The notes beneath the pieces were generated by a model. That model worked only from the letters and a program-made list of their open reading frames with translations, made no database searches and was not told where the DNA came from. A stretch of 64,000 nucleotides of DNA, from the NCBI GenBank assembly GCA_036733165.1, contig DAINBB010000005.1:5547-69546 (forward strand), in the 5' to 3' direction. Positions 9,695-19,480 of this stretch are shown piece after piece. Origin of the DNA: Halobacteria archaeon (GTDB lineage Archaea; Methanobacteriota_B; Thermococci; Methanofastidiosales; NM3). Both the position numbers and the translations under genes were made by a program. Numbering within the stretch: the stretch's first letter is position 1; each line of letters begins with the position of its first letter.

Positions 9695-11533
9695 TTGATT
9701 TGTTTGGCAAAGGTCTCAGTATCGCCGTTTGACAAGAGCATCGACATAGAATCTGGAAAGACTGTTCTTGACGCATTGAATATCCTTGGGATTCCCATTG
9801 AGGTTATCTGCGGAGGAAAGGGAACTTGTGGAAAATGCAAGGTAATAATCGAGGATCAGGAGAACGTATCTCCGTTGTCTGCGATGGAGCGGAAACTTCT
9901 TTCCGACAAAGAGCTTTGTGAACATTACAGACTGGCCTGCCTCGTGGCCGTGAACGATGACGTTTCGGTCTTCGTTCCGGAGTTCTCGCTCCAGAGGGAG
10001 CTTAGGATACTTGCCAACGGCCAGACCGTTGATGTGGTGCTGGACCCTCCTGTCAAGAAGGTGAATCTCCTGTTGCCGAAACCTGTGCTCGGGGACCACA
10101 TAAGCTTCGAGGAACTGGTCGTGTCCGGGCTCGGGCTCGAAGGATGCGGAATTGACTACATGGCCATAAAGAACATCTCGGAGACGATAAAGGATTCCAA
10201 CTTCGACATCGATGTGGTCTTTTTGAACAAGAACATAATCAGTGTCATGCCCCATAACAATCCCGGAAAGATATATGGTGCGGCAATGGACATCGGTTCC
10301 ACAACGGTTGTCATCTACCTGATGGACCTTCAGACCGGAGAAGTTGTGGACATCGAGTCGATGTTGAATCCGCAGGTGAGGTACGGCGAGGATGTGATAT
10401 CAAGGATCACCTATTCGATACAGTACGGGATCAAGGATGTCCATGACATAATACTGGAGGGTGTCAACTCGATGCTGAGGACGCTATGCCAGAGGAACGA
10501 CATCGATTCCAACTCGGTCGTGGAGATGACCGTTGTCGGGAATACGGCAATGCACCACATATTTCTGAACATACAGCCGAAGAGCATATCTCTTTCGCCT
10601 TTCACTCCCACAGTGAAGAAGTCCCTTGACCTGAAGGCAAGGGACATTGGCCTGATGATAAATCCTTCCGCGAACATACATGTACTTCCCGTAATCGCGG
10701 GTTTTGTCGGTGCGGACACCGTCGGGGTCCTGATGGCCACGGACATGTACCACAGCGACCAGGTGGCTCTTGCCATAGATGTGGGAACCAACGGGGAGCT
10801 GGTCCTTGGGAACAGGGACAAGATGGTAAGCTGCTCATGCGCAGCGGGCCCGGCCCTCGAAGGGGGCGAGATCAAGTTCGGTATGAGGGCATCACCCGGC
10901 GCAATAGAGGACGTGGTAATCAACAAGTACACGCTTGAACCGGAATACAAGACGATAAAGAACAAGAAACCTGTCGGCATCTGCGGCTCCGGCATCATCG
11001 ACGTGGTCGCGGAGATGCTCAAGATAGGCATTATCAACAGTTCCGGAAGGATGGTGGACCTCGGTTCGGACAGGATAAGGAAGGACCCTTCCACGGGGCT
11101 GTTGGAGTATGTCCTTGAATGGAAGGAGAACGCGGGAATCGACAAGGACATAGTCATAACCGCGGCCGATGTCAGGGAGGTCCAGTTGGCCAAGGGTGCA
11201 ATATACTCCGGGGCCCTCATACTTGTCGAGAGGCTTGGGATAGGCTTCGAGGATCTGGACAAGATATATCTTGCCGGAGCCTTCGGCAACTATATAGACA
11301 TAGAGAACGCGGTCAGGATGGGCCTGCTCCCGGACATACCCCTTGAGAAGATCAAGTCTGTCGGCAATGCCGCGGGCGAAGGGGCAAAGCTTTCGCTCCT
11401 CTCAAATTTGAAGAGGTCCGAGGAGAACAAGCTCTCAAAGGTAGTGAGCTACATAGAGCTCGCATCACACGACGATTTCCAAAACATCTTCGTGAACTCT
11501 TTGAACTTCCCCGAGTTCAAGTGTCCAACCTGA
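9695..11533 (+). CDS. ramA: RamA-like corrinoid reductive-activation protein (2Fe-2S ferredoxin + ASKHA/DUF4445 ATPase)
   Basis: 612 aa; N-terminal plant-type ferredoxin Cys pattern (CGGKGTCGKCKV), C-terminal ASKHA fold; only a TTG start available in frame. Confidence 0.7.
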   Translation: MICLAKVSVSPFDKSIDIESGKTVLDALNILGIPIEVICGGKGTCGKCKVIIEDQENVSPLSAMERKLLSDKELCEHYRLACLVAVNDDVSVFVPEFSLQRELRILANGQTVDVVLDPPVKKVNLLLPKPVLGDHISFEELVVSGLGLEGCGIDYMAIKNISETIKDSNFDIDVVFLNKNIISVMPHNNPGKIYGAAMDIGSTTVVIYLMDLQTGEVVDIESMLNPQVRYGEDVISRITYSIQYGIKDVHDIILEGVNSMLRTLCQRNDIDSNSVVEMTVVGNTAMHHIFLNIQPKSISLSPFTPTVKKSLDLKARDIGLMINPSANIHVLPVIAGFVGADTVGVLMATDMYHSDQVALAIDVGTNGELVLGNRDKMVSCSCAAGPALEGGEIKFGMRASPGAIEDVVINKYTLEPEYKTIKNKKPVGICGSGIIDVVAEMLKIGIINSSGRMVDLGSDRIRKDPSTGLLEYVLEWKENAGIDKDIVITAADVREVQLAKGAIYSGALILVERLGIGFEDLDKIYLAGAFGNYIDIENAVRMGLLPDIPLEKIKSVGNAAGEGAKLSLLSNLKRSEENKLSKVVSYIELASHDDFQNIFVNSLNFPEFKCPT

Positions 11534-11832
11534 ATACGGGATTTATTTCCTTTTTTTCCTTTAATTATATTAAAAAACGCATGTTAAAATGTATAAATCA
11601 TATTATATGTGGAGCATAAATAATAGCTTCTAAATAGGTGCCCATCCATGCCCTGCCAATTGGGGCCTTATGCGCAAAGCCGGATATTACCACAACGTTT
11701 ATAAATGGCAATCTCAATCAAAACAATCATGTCGTCTGCATCGAATGAAAGAAGGGATTTACTTCCAGGTCTCTAGGACTGACCTTTTCTTAGCCTTGCG
11801 GACAGATCTTATCACAACGATTGGTGATTTCT

Positions 11833-13266
11833 ATGAGTGTTGACGAAGGCATTACTGTTAGGAAGGATGACGATTATTCTGAATGGTACAATCAGGTCGT
11901 CCTAAGGGCCGAGATGGCCGACTTCTCGCCTGTGAAAGGCTGCATGGTGATCAGGCCGTACGGCTATGCCATATGGGAGAACATCAAGGGTTACCTCAAT
12001 CAGAGGATTCTCGATACCGGGCATGAGAACGCGTATTTTCCGTTGTTCATTCCGGAGAGCCTTTTGAAGAAAGAGGCCGAGCATGTCGAGGGTTTCGCCC
12101 CGGAGGTCGCATGGGTGACCATGGGCGGCAACACACCCCTTGAGGAACCGCTTGCAGTGAGGCCGACCTCGGAGACGATAATGTACATAATGTACTCCAA
12201 GTGGGTGCGCTCCTACAGGGACCTTCCCATCCTCATCAATCAATGGGCCAACGTCGTGCGCTGGGAGACCAAGATGACGAAGCTGTTCATGAGGACGAGG
12301 GAGTTCCTCTGGCAGGAGGGCCACACCGTGCATGCGACCAAGGAGGAGACGGACGAGGAGGTCATGAAGATACTCATGATATACAAGGACGTCTACGAGA
12401 AGCTCCTTGCCATACCCGTGGTCGAGGGCAGGAAGACGGACAAGGAGAAGTTCGCGGGGGCCTTGTACACGATGACCTGCGAGCTGCTCATGCCCGACAG
12501 GAGGGCGGTGCAGGGCGCGACTTCCCACAACTTAGGTCAGCACTTCTCCAAGGTATTCGACATCATGTTCACTGACAAGGACGAGCAGAAGAAGTACGCA
12601 TGGCAGGCCTCGTGGGGGATGACCACAAGGACGATAGCATCCCTGATAATGACGCACGGCGATGACAAGGGGCTTGTGCTCCCGCCGAGGGTCGCGCCGA
12701 TAGAGGCGGTCATAGTGCCGATAATATTCAAGAAGGACAAGGAGCTTGTCATGGAAGGCGCCGCCAAGGTGAAGGGCCTTCTGGAAGGATTCAGGGTCAG
12801 GCTCGATGACAGGGACTCCTACTCCGCAGGATACAAGTTCAATCACTGGGAGGTGAGGGGCGTGCCTGTCAGGATAGAGGTGGGTCCGAGGGACGTCAAG
12901 AACGAACAGGTGGTCTTCGTCAGGAGGGACACGGGCGAGAAGGTCATTGTGAAGAACTCCGAGATAAAGGAGAAGCTCAGGGCGACACTTGAGGACATAC
13001 AGACCTCGCTCTATGCCAAGGCAAGGTCATTCCTGGAAGAGAACACGCACATCGTGGACGACTACGACAAGTTCATGGACCTGATGAACAACGGCGGCGG
13101 AATGATAAAGGTGCAATGGTGCGGTGAAGTTGATTGCGAGGAAGCCATAAAGGATGAGACAGGTGCCACATCATCATGCATCCCGATCGGCGAGAAGGCC
13201 TCCGGCAAGTGCATATACTGCGGCAGGGAGGCAAAAGAGGTCGTCTACTTCTCGAAGCACTACTGA
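11833..13266 (+). CDS. proS: prolyl-tRNA synthetase (archaeal/eukaryotic type)
   Basis: class II aaRS motifs, C-terminal zinc-binding domain ending ...YFSKHY; ATG 11833 (TTG 11821 in track). Confidence 0.9.
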   Translation: MSVDEGITVRKDDDYSEWYNQVVLRAEMADFSPVKGCMVIRPYGYAIWENIKGYLNQRILDTGHENAYFPLFIPESLLKKEAEHVEGFAPEVAWVTMGGNTPLEEPLAVRPTSETIMYIMYSKWVRSYRDLPILINQWANVVRWETKMTKLFMRTREFLWQEGHTVHATKEETDEEVMKILMIYKDVYEKLLAIPVVEGRKTDKEKFAGALYTMTCELLMPDRRAVQGATSHNLGQHFSKVFDIMFTDKDEQKKYAWQASWGMTTRTIASLIMTHGDDKGLVLPPRVAPIEAVIVPIIFKKDKELVMEGAAKVKGLLEGFRVRLDDRDSYSAGYKFNHWEVRGVPVRIEVGPRDVKNEQVVFVRRDTGEKVIVKNSEIKEKLRATLEDIQTSLYAKARSFLEENTHIVDDYDKFMDLMNNGGGMIKVQWCGEVDCEEAIKDETGATSSCIPIGEKASGKCIYCGREAKEVVYFSKHY

Positions 13267-13276
13267 AGTTGATCAA

Positions 13277-14116
13277 ATGGATAATGAAGAACACAGGGAA
13301 CTGCACCCCAGGTCCTGGGGGCGCATCGGATTCATAGGTGCGGGAAACATGGCATGCGCGATCATAGGCAGCCTGGTCGCCGAGGACCAGGATGTGGACA
13401 TAGTCGCCTCCAGGCGCTCATCAGACGCGCTCAAGGACATATCGATCAAGTACAACGTCGCCACAACGACTGACAACAGGGAGCTCATAGAAACGTCTGA
13501 TATAGTCATATTCTGCGTAAAACCCCAGTCGCTTTCCCATGTGATAGAAGGGATAGCCGATATGGACTTCTCCGAAAAACTGGTGATGAGCATAATCGCG
13601 GGGAAGAAGATTGACTATTTCAAGGAGAACCTCTCGAACTGCAAAAAGGTTGTGAGGGCGATGCCCAATCTGGGTGTTCTCGTCGGCAAGGGGGCCGTCG
13701 CCTACGCCGCATCTGGAGAATGTGGAGAGATGGACATCATGAAGGTGAATGCCATCCTCAACACAGGAAGCCTTGCGATGCGTGTCAGCGAGGAGGACAT
13801 CGACACGATAACGGCCTTGAGCGGTTGCGGTCCGGCATTCATAAGCTTCTTCCTAAAGGCGTTGGAGGACGCCGCTGTCGGCCAGGGGCTTGAGAAGGAT
13901 GTTGCGAGAAGCCTCCTGTTCCAGACGCTTGCCGGGACCTACGAGTACCTGAGACGGAACGGCGATACCTACACAGACTTCATAACAAAGGTCTCATCGA
14001 AGGGCGGAGCCACCCTGGCTGGGCTCAAGACGGCCGAATACTATGACATAGAGAGGTCCATATGCGAGATGGTAAGGGCGGCGACCGACCGTTCCAGGGA
14101 ACTTGCAGAGGAATGA
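13277..14116 (+). CDS. proC: pyrroline-5-carboxylate reductase
   Basis: 279 aa from ATG 13277; Rossmann GFIGAGNMA motif; the track ORF begins inside proS in another frame. Confidence 0.85.
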   Translation: MDNEEHRELHPRSWGRIGFIGAGNMACAIIGSLVAEDQDVDIVASRRSSDALKDISIKYNVATTTDNRELIETSDIVIFCVKPQSLSHVIEGIADMDFSEKLVMSIIAGKKIDYFKENLSNCKKVVRAMPNLGVLVGKGAVAYAASGECGEMDIMKVNAILNTGSLAMRVSEEDIDTITALSGCGPAFISFFLKALEDAAVGQGLEKDVARSLLFQTLAGTYEYLRRNGDTYTDFITKVSSKGGATLAGLKTAEYYDIERSICEMVRAATDRSRELAEE

Positions 14117-14117
14117 G

Positions 14118-14924
14118 CTATCTGACGAAGTAGTAGTCCCCACACTCCTTCTCGTCATCGAAAATGAACGTGAACCCCCATTTCTCAAGAAGTTCCTTTA
14201 TCTTTCTCTTCAGTTCCTCTCCATGGTATTCGACAACTACCCTCTCCGTCCTGGCAAGCACGTCCTCGGCGCCCTTGAACACCCTGTATTCCGCCCCCTC
14301 AACATCGACCTTCAGTATGTCCACCTTGTCGACACCCTTGAGAACGTTGTCAAGCTTTGCCGACCTGACCATTATCTCCCTTATCCTTGCGGTGTCCAAC
14401 CAGGGCCGGTATCCGAATATCCTGAATCCCCCTATTGCGGTTATCTCGTCCACGAGCTGGAACGATTCGTTCTCGTCTATGTCCGAGAGGGCCAAGTTAT
14501 TCGTCACCACGTCCTTGAGGCCGTTCTCCGTTATGTTCCTCTCGAGCATCTTGAAGGCCATTGGATTGGGCTCGAACGCGTATATCGTCAGGTCGGGATT
14601 GTTCTGCTTCATCTTCATGGTATAGTAACCTTCGTTGGCACCCACGTCCACCACCACGGAGGCGTCATCTCCCCTGAAACCCGCCATCTTCTGATGTTGA
14701 TCCTCGAGAAATATCTCGGAGAGGATGTCTATCGACGAGTTGGCGCATTTCCGCGCCATATGGAACGTGTATCCGAACAGTTTGAGCTTTAAAACCTCAT
14801 CGCCCTTGACGATCTCCCTCTTTTCCCTGACATTGGAATGGTCCTTGCGTATGGTCCTCAGGGCCTTTTTGGTGCCCTCGTCCTTCGCATGTTTCATCAA
14901 CCCATCGAAATCAGCGTTGCTCAT
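14118..14924 (-). CDS. FkbM-family SAM-dependent methyltransferase
   Basis: VVDVGANEGYYT SAM motif and FkbM-type C-terminal region; first ATG 14924 (TTG at 14945 in track). Confidence 0.75.
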   Translation of the reverse strand: MSNADFDGLMKHAKDEGTKKALRTIRKDHSNVREKREIVKGDEVLKLKLFGYTFHMARKCANSSIDILSEIFLEDQHQKMAGFRGDDASVVVDVGANEGYYTMKMKQNNPDLTIYAFEPNPMAFKMLERNITENGLKDVVTNNLALSDIDENESFQLVDEITAIGGFRIFGYRPWLDTARIREIMVRSAKLDNVLKGVDKVDILKVDVEGAEYRVFKGAEDVLARTERVVVEYHGEELKRKIKELLEKWGFTFIFDDEKECGDYYFVR

Positions 14925-15031
14925 AAAATGTAATATGGCGGACAATCATAAAATATTTATTGAGCATTTGCGGTCAATACTTCCGGCCTCTCAGGAAATA
15001 TTTATATTTGTACCATATTTTCTTATTATCT

Positions 15032-16489
15032 ATGAAGGTCGACGAGATCATGGACATTGCCCTGAGAAGGGGCTTCATCTTCCCGGCATCGGAGATATAC
15101 GGGGGGGTATCTGGTTTCTGGGAGTACGGCCACCTTGGCACACTCTTGAAGAGGAACTGGGAGGACGCTTGGAGAAGACACTTTCTCGGGCTTGACAATA
15201 ACTATTACGAGATCACAACAACGAACATAATGCCGAAGTCGGTGTTCGAGGGCTCCGGCCACCTGGAGAACTTCAACGACCCGCTCACATCCTGCCAGAA
15301 GTGCAATCAGAGATTCAGGGCCGACGACCTGATCCAGGAGGCAACAGGCAGGAACGTTGAGGACCTCACGCCGGAGGAGATGTACGAGGTCATAAAGGAG
15401 AAGGGCATCGTATGTCCAAAGTGCAAGGGCGAGCTTGGCGAGGTCAACTGGTTCAACATGATGTTCCAGCTCAACATAGGCGCGGCCGGCGGGCTTACCG
15501 GCTATCTCAGGCCCGAGACCGCACAGGGCTCCTTCGTCTCCTTCAAGAGGATGCATGAGGTCATGAGGAACAGGATCCCCATGGGCCTGGCAATCGTCGG
15601 CAGGGTGTACCGCAACGAGATATCGCCGAGGCAGGGATTCTTCAGGCTGAGGGAGTTCAGCCAGGCAGAGCTTCAGATATTCTTCGACCCCGACACTCTC
15701 GGGGGGCATGAGGACTTCGATCTGGTGGCCGACTACAAACTACGTGTAAAGCCTCTCGATCTGGATGAGAATGCTGACATGACATGCAGCGAGCTCTCGG
15801 AGAGGTACGGTATAGGCAGATTCTATGTATATCACATGGCGAAGATACAGGAGTTCTACCTTGACGTCATAGGGATACCAAGGGAGAAGTTCAGATTCAG
15901 GGAGCTCTCAGAGAAGGAGAGGGCGTTCTACAACAAGCTGCACTGGGACATAGAGGTGGACATGGAGACCCTCGGCGGTTTCAAGGAAGTGGCCGGCATA
16001 CACTACAGGACCGACCACGACCTCGGCGGGCATCTCAAGAACTCTAAACAGAATCTTCAGGTCAATATCGAGGGCAAGAAATTTGTGCCGCACGTGCTCG
16101 AGCTCAGCTTCGGTGTGGACAGGAACTTCTGGGCGATGCTAGACCTTTTCTACGTGAAGGAAGAGGAGCGGACGCTCTTCAGGTTCAAGCCTTCGATGGC
16201 CCCGCTAAAGGTGGCGGTCTTCCCGCTCTTGAACAAACCCGAGCTCAAGGAAAAGTCCATGGAGGTCTATAACGAGATCAAGGATGTTTTCCAGACCGAT
16301 TACGACAGGGGCGGTTCCATCGGCAGGAGATACAGGAGACAGGACGAGGTGGGCACGCCCTTTGGCGTGACCGTCGACTTCGACACGATAGAGAAAGGCA
16401 CAGTGACAATAAGGGACAGGGACACGATGGAACAGGTTATAGTGCCTGTTTCAGACATCAAGGATGAGCTTATCCAGAGGGTCCTTTAG
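15032..16489 (+). CDS. glyS: glycyl-tRNA synthetase (archaeal/eukaryotic alpha2 type)
   Basis: 485 aa from ATG 15032; class II motifs, C-terminal anticodon-binding domain. Confidence 0.9.
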   Translation: MKVDEIMDIALRRGFIFPASEIYGGVSGFWEYGHLGTLLKRNWEDAWRRHFLGLDNNYYEITTTNIMPKSVFEGSGHLENFNDPLTSCQKCNQRFRADDLIQEATGRNVEDLTPEEMYEVIKEKGIVCPKCKGELGEVNWFNMMFQLNIGAAGGLTGYLRPETAQGSFVSFKRMHEVMRNRIPMGLAIVGRVYRNEISPRQGFFRLREFSQAELQIFFDPDTLGGHEDFDLVADYKLRVKPLDLDENADMTCSELSERYGIGRFYVYHMAKIQEFYLDVIGIPREKFRFRELSEKERAFYNKLHWDIEVDMETLGGFKEVAGIHYRTDHDLGGHLKNSKQNLQVNIEGKKFVPHVLELSFGVDRNFWAMLDLFYVKEEERTLFRFKPSMAPLKVAVFPLLNKPELKEKSMEVYNEIKDVFQTDYDRGGSIGRRYRRQDEVGTPFGVTVDFDTIEKGTVTIRDRDTMEQVIVPVSDIKDELIQRVL

Positions 16490-16789
16490 GACCCGACGGA
16501 AGCCCCTCGATTGACCCATCATATGACTTTAGGATTCTAAATTCCAATAAATAATAAAACATCCGGCCGCAAAAAGACCGGCTTATTTTTGCATCATTTC
16601 ACATATCCAATTCTGAAACCAAAACTATGATGTTTTTCCTGATTATATTTTAGATTTCTATAATTATTTAATATATTATAGAGTATATGTCTAAAATGTA
16701 TTAAAAAACACACCTTATGTATAAAATATATTAGTGGACACGTTTTTATAATATAAAGATAAATCCTTCATGTTAATACAACTGGGTGG

Positions 16790-19414
16790 ATGGATATGAA
16801 GATATTTTCAGTTATTATAACCTTAGTTCTATTGCTCTCTCTTTTTGCTGTATTACCGATCTCTGCCGCGCCGACAGAGGTATGGGTGGACGATGACGGC
16901 CCCGACAACGGCACGGACCATTTCGACACGATTCAAGAAGGGGTCAATGCTGTCGAAGTCGGTGGAACGGTCCATGTAGCCGCGGGAACGTACCTGCTGA
17001 GCGCTGAGATATATGTCGACAAGGACATCTCCCTCCTTGGAGAGGACGAATCCACAACCATACTTGACGGACAAAACACAGTCAGGATAATGCGCATAAA
17101 TACGGATTGCAATGACGTCATAGACGGGTTTACATTCCAAAACGGATCAATGCCCAGCGGAGGCGGATTGTACATCGGTTGGGGATCTTCGTCAATTGTG
17201 TCCAACTGCACATTTCTGAATAACTCTGCGGATAATTATGGTGCGGGAATATACAACCATCAGTATGCCTCACCAACCATCACGAACTGCACATTAACAA
17301 ATAACTCTTCGAGTCAATATGGAGGGGGCATGTACAATAGCGACAATTCCTCGCCAACTGTCATGAACTGCACCTTCTCAGGGAACACGGCAACTACTTC
17401 TGGAGGGGGCATTTACAATAGCGACAGCTCCTCACTATCCATCACGGACTGCACATTTTCAGAGAACACGGCGAGTAGCGGGGGTGGCATATATAACGAT
17501 TATTCCCCATCAACCATTACGAACTGCACATTTTCAGGCAACACGGCATCTGGCGGCGGCGGAATATATAACTGGCAATCCACCTCAATCATCACGGACT
17601 GCACCTTCTCAGGCAACACAGGAAATAATGCTGGCGGAGGAATTTATAATTCAGCCTCCCCTACTATCACGGACTGCACATTCTCAGGCAACTCTTCTGA
17701 TTCTGGTGCGGGCATGTACAATTACATTGGTTCCTCGCCAACCATCACGAACTGCGTCTTCTCAGACAACACGGCTACTAACAACGGTGGAGGAATGTAC
17801 AATCAAGTCGATTCCTCATCAACTGTCACGAACTGCACCTTCTCAGGGAACACGGCAACGGATGGTGGAGGGATGTTTAACATACAATCCACTCCAACTG
17901 TCACGGACTGCATTCTTTGGGGGAATTCGCCCGAAGAGATATACAATAACAGTTCCACACCCGTTGTCACATATTGCGATGTACAAGGAGGGTATACAGG
18001 TCTGGGAAACATTGACGAAGATCCTCTTTTCGAGGACGCCTCGAGCGAAAACTACATGCTTACCGGAGATTCTCCATGCATTGACGCCGGCATTGACACG
18101 AGCGGCTCGGCCTACGGCAACGTCACAGACGACATAGATGACACATTGCGCCCGCAAAGAGGCTCATATGACATTGGTGCATACGAACGAATCTATCCTG
18201 CGCCGGCAGAGGTATGGGTGGACGTTGGCGGTCCAGACAATGGCTATGATCAATTCGACACCATCCAGGAAGGGATTGATGCTGTCGAATCTGGGGGAAC
18301 GGTCCATGTAGCCGCGGGAACGTACCTGCTGAGCGCTGAGATATATATTGACAAGGACATCTCCCTCCTTGGAGAGGACGAATCCACAACGATACTTGAC
18401 GGACAAGGCACAGTCAGGATAATGCGGACGTCAGATTTGGATCAAGATAACGTCATAGATGGGTTTACATTTCAAAATGGATATGCATCTGATGGCGCGG
18501 GCATGTACAACATAGCCTATTCCTCACCAATCGTATCCAACTGTACCTTCCTCAACAACTCGGCGAATAGCTATGGCGCGGGCATATTCAATAACAATTA
18601 TTCCTCGCCGACTATCGCGAACTGCACCTTCTCAGGGAACACGGCATCTATTTCGGGCGGAGGCATTTACAATAACAATGCTTCCTCACCGGCTATAAAA
18701 AACTGCATCTTCTCAGAGAATACGGCAACTAACTATGGTGGTGGCATTTACAACAATTCTTCTGCAAACCCGACTGTCACGAACTGCACGTTCTCGGCCA
18801 ACACATCAAATATATTTGGTGGCGCTGTCTACAACTATTACTCTTCACCAACCATCACGAACTGTATTCTTTGGGGGGATTCGCCCGATGAGATATACAA
18901 TGTCAGTTCCACACCCGTTGTCACCTATTGCGATGTACAGGGAGGTTACGAAGGTGTTGGCAATATAGACCTGGATCCTGAGTTCGTGGATGCCTCAGGA
19001 GGCAATCTGAGATTGTTCTCCAGTTCGCCATGCCTAGATTCAGGCACTGACACCAGCGGCCCAGCCTACGGCGGCGTCACAGACGACATCGAAAGCGTAT
19101 CGCGTCCGCAGGGCGTTGCCTATGACATTGGCGCCTACGAGAAAAGCTTCAATGAGAACACTTTCATATTTAACCTCTCCATCGGTTGGAATCTCGTGTC
19201 CTGGCACGGGCAGAACAACACTCCGTTAAGCGAGGCTTTGCAAGGCCTAGAGGCGCATATCGACTACGTCTACAGGTGGAACGCCGAACTGGGGATGTAC
19301 GAGTATTCCCACTATATCAATGAGGAACTTGGATGGCAGGGCAATTTTGAGACGTTGGACTATGAATATGGATATTGGATCCATAGCTTGGCTGATTGTG
19401 TCTGGACAATATAG
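16790..19414 (+). CDS. secreted right-handed parallel beta-helix repeat surface protein (internally duplicated)
   Basis: 874 aa; N-terminal signal peptide; about 17 copies of a ~22-aa NCTFSGNTAxxGGGIYN repeat; two CIDAG...DIGAYE modules; AT-rich promoter region upstream. Confidence 0.75.
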   Translation: MDMKIFSVIITLVLLLSLFAVLPISAAPTEVWVDDDGPDNGTDHFDTIQEGVNAVEVGGTVHVAAGTYLLSAEIYVDKDISLLGEDESTTILDGQNTVRIMRINTDCNDVIDGFTFQNGSMPSGGGLYIGWGSSSIVSNCTFLNNSADNYGAGIYNHQYASPTITNCTLTNNSSSQYGGGMYNSDNSSPTVMNCTFSGNTATTSGGGIYNSDSSSLSITDCTFSENTASSGGGIYNDYSPSTITNCTFSGNTASGGGGIYNWQSTSIITDCTFSGNTGNNAGGGIYNSASPTITDCTFSGNSSDSGAGMYNYIGSSPTITNCVFSDNTATNNGGGMYNQVDSSSTVTNCTFSGNTATDGGGMFNIQSTPTVTDCILWGNSPEEIYNNSSTPVVTYCDVQGGYTGLGNIDEDPLFEDASSENYMLTGDSPCIDAGIDTSGSAYGNVTDDIDDTLRPQRGSYDIGAYERIYPAPAEVWVDVGGPDNGYDQFDTIQEGIDAVESGGTVHVAAGTYLLSAEIYIDKDISLLGEDESTTILDGQGTVRIMRTSDLDQDNVIDGFTFQNGYASDGAGMYNIAYSSPIVSNCTFLNNSANSYGAGIFNNNYSSPTIANCTFSGNTASISGGGIYNNNASSPAIKNCIFSENTATNYGGGIYNNSSANPTVTNCTFSANTSNIFGGAVYNYYSSPTITNCILWGDSPDEIYNVSSTPVVTYCDVQGGYEGVGNIDLDPEFVDASGGNLRLFSSSPCLDSGTDTSGPAYGGVTDDIESVSRPQGVAYDIGAYEKSFNENTFIFNLSIGWNLVSWHGQNNTPLSEALQGLEAHIDYVYRWNAELGMYEYSHYINEELGWQGNFETLDYEYGYWIHSLADCVWTI
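16859..19150 (+). repeat. intragenic tandem duplication (two modules, 16859-18195 and 18196-19150) with near-identical 5' ~150 bp
   Basis: identical stretches (e.g. cggtccatgtagccgcgggaacgtacctgctgagcgctgagatatat) occur near 16970 and 18300; module period ~1337 bp. Confidence 0.7.
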
Positions 19415-19480
19415 TCACATATTGAATTATATCTTCTATTCTTTCTTTTTCTAATATTTACTTTTTTTATCCGTCTGCCT

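Noticed and set aside
10411-11289. 292-aa minus-strand ORF inside the RamA-like gene, and 40587-41354 inside feoB
   Set aside because: They are antisense to genes with strong family signatures and have a low-complexity composition.
17484-18137. 217-aa ORF and other 60-100-aa ORFs inside the beta-helix surface-protein gene
   Set aside because: These are generated by the periodic 66-bp repeats in alternative frames. They are low-complexity and have no independent start or promoter context.
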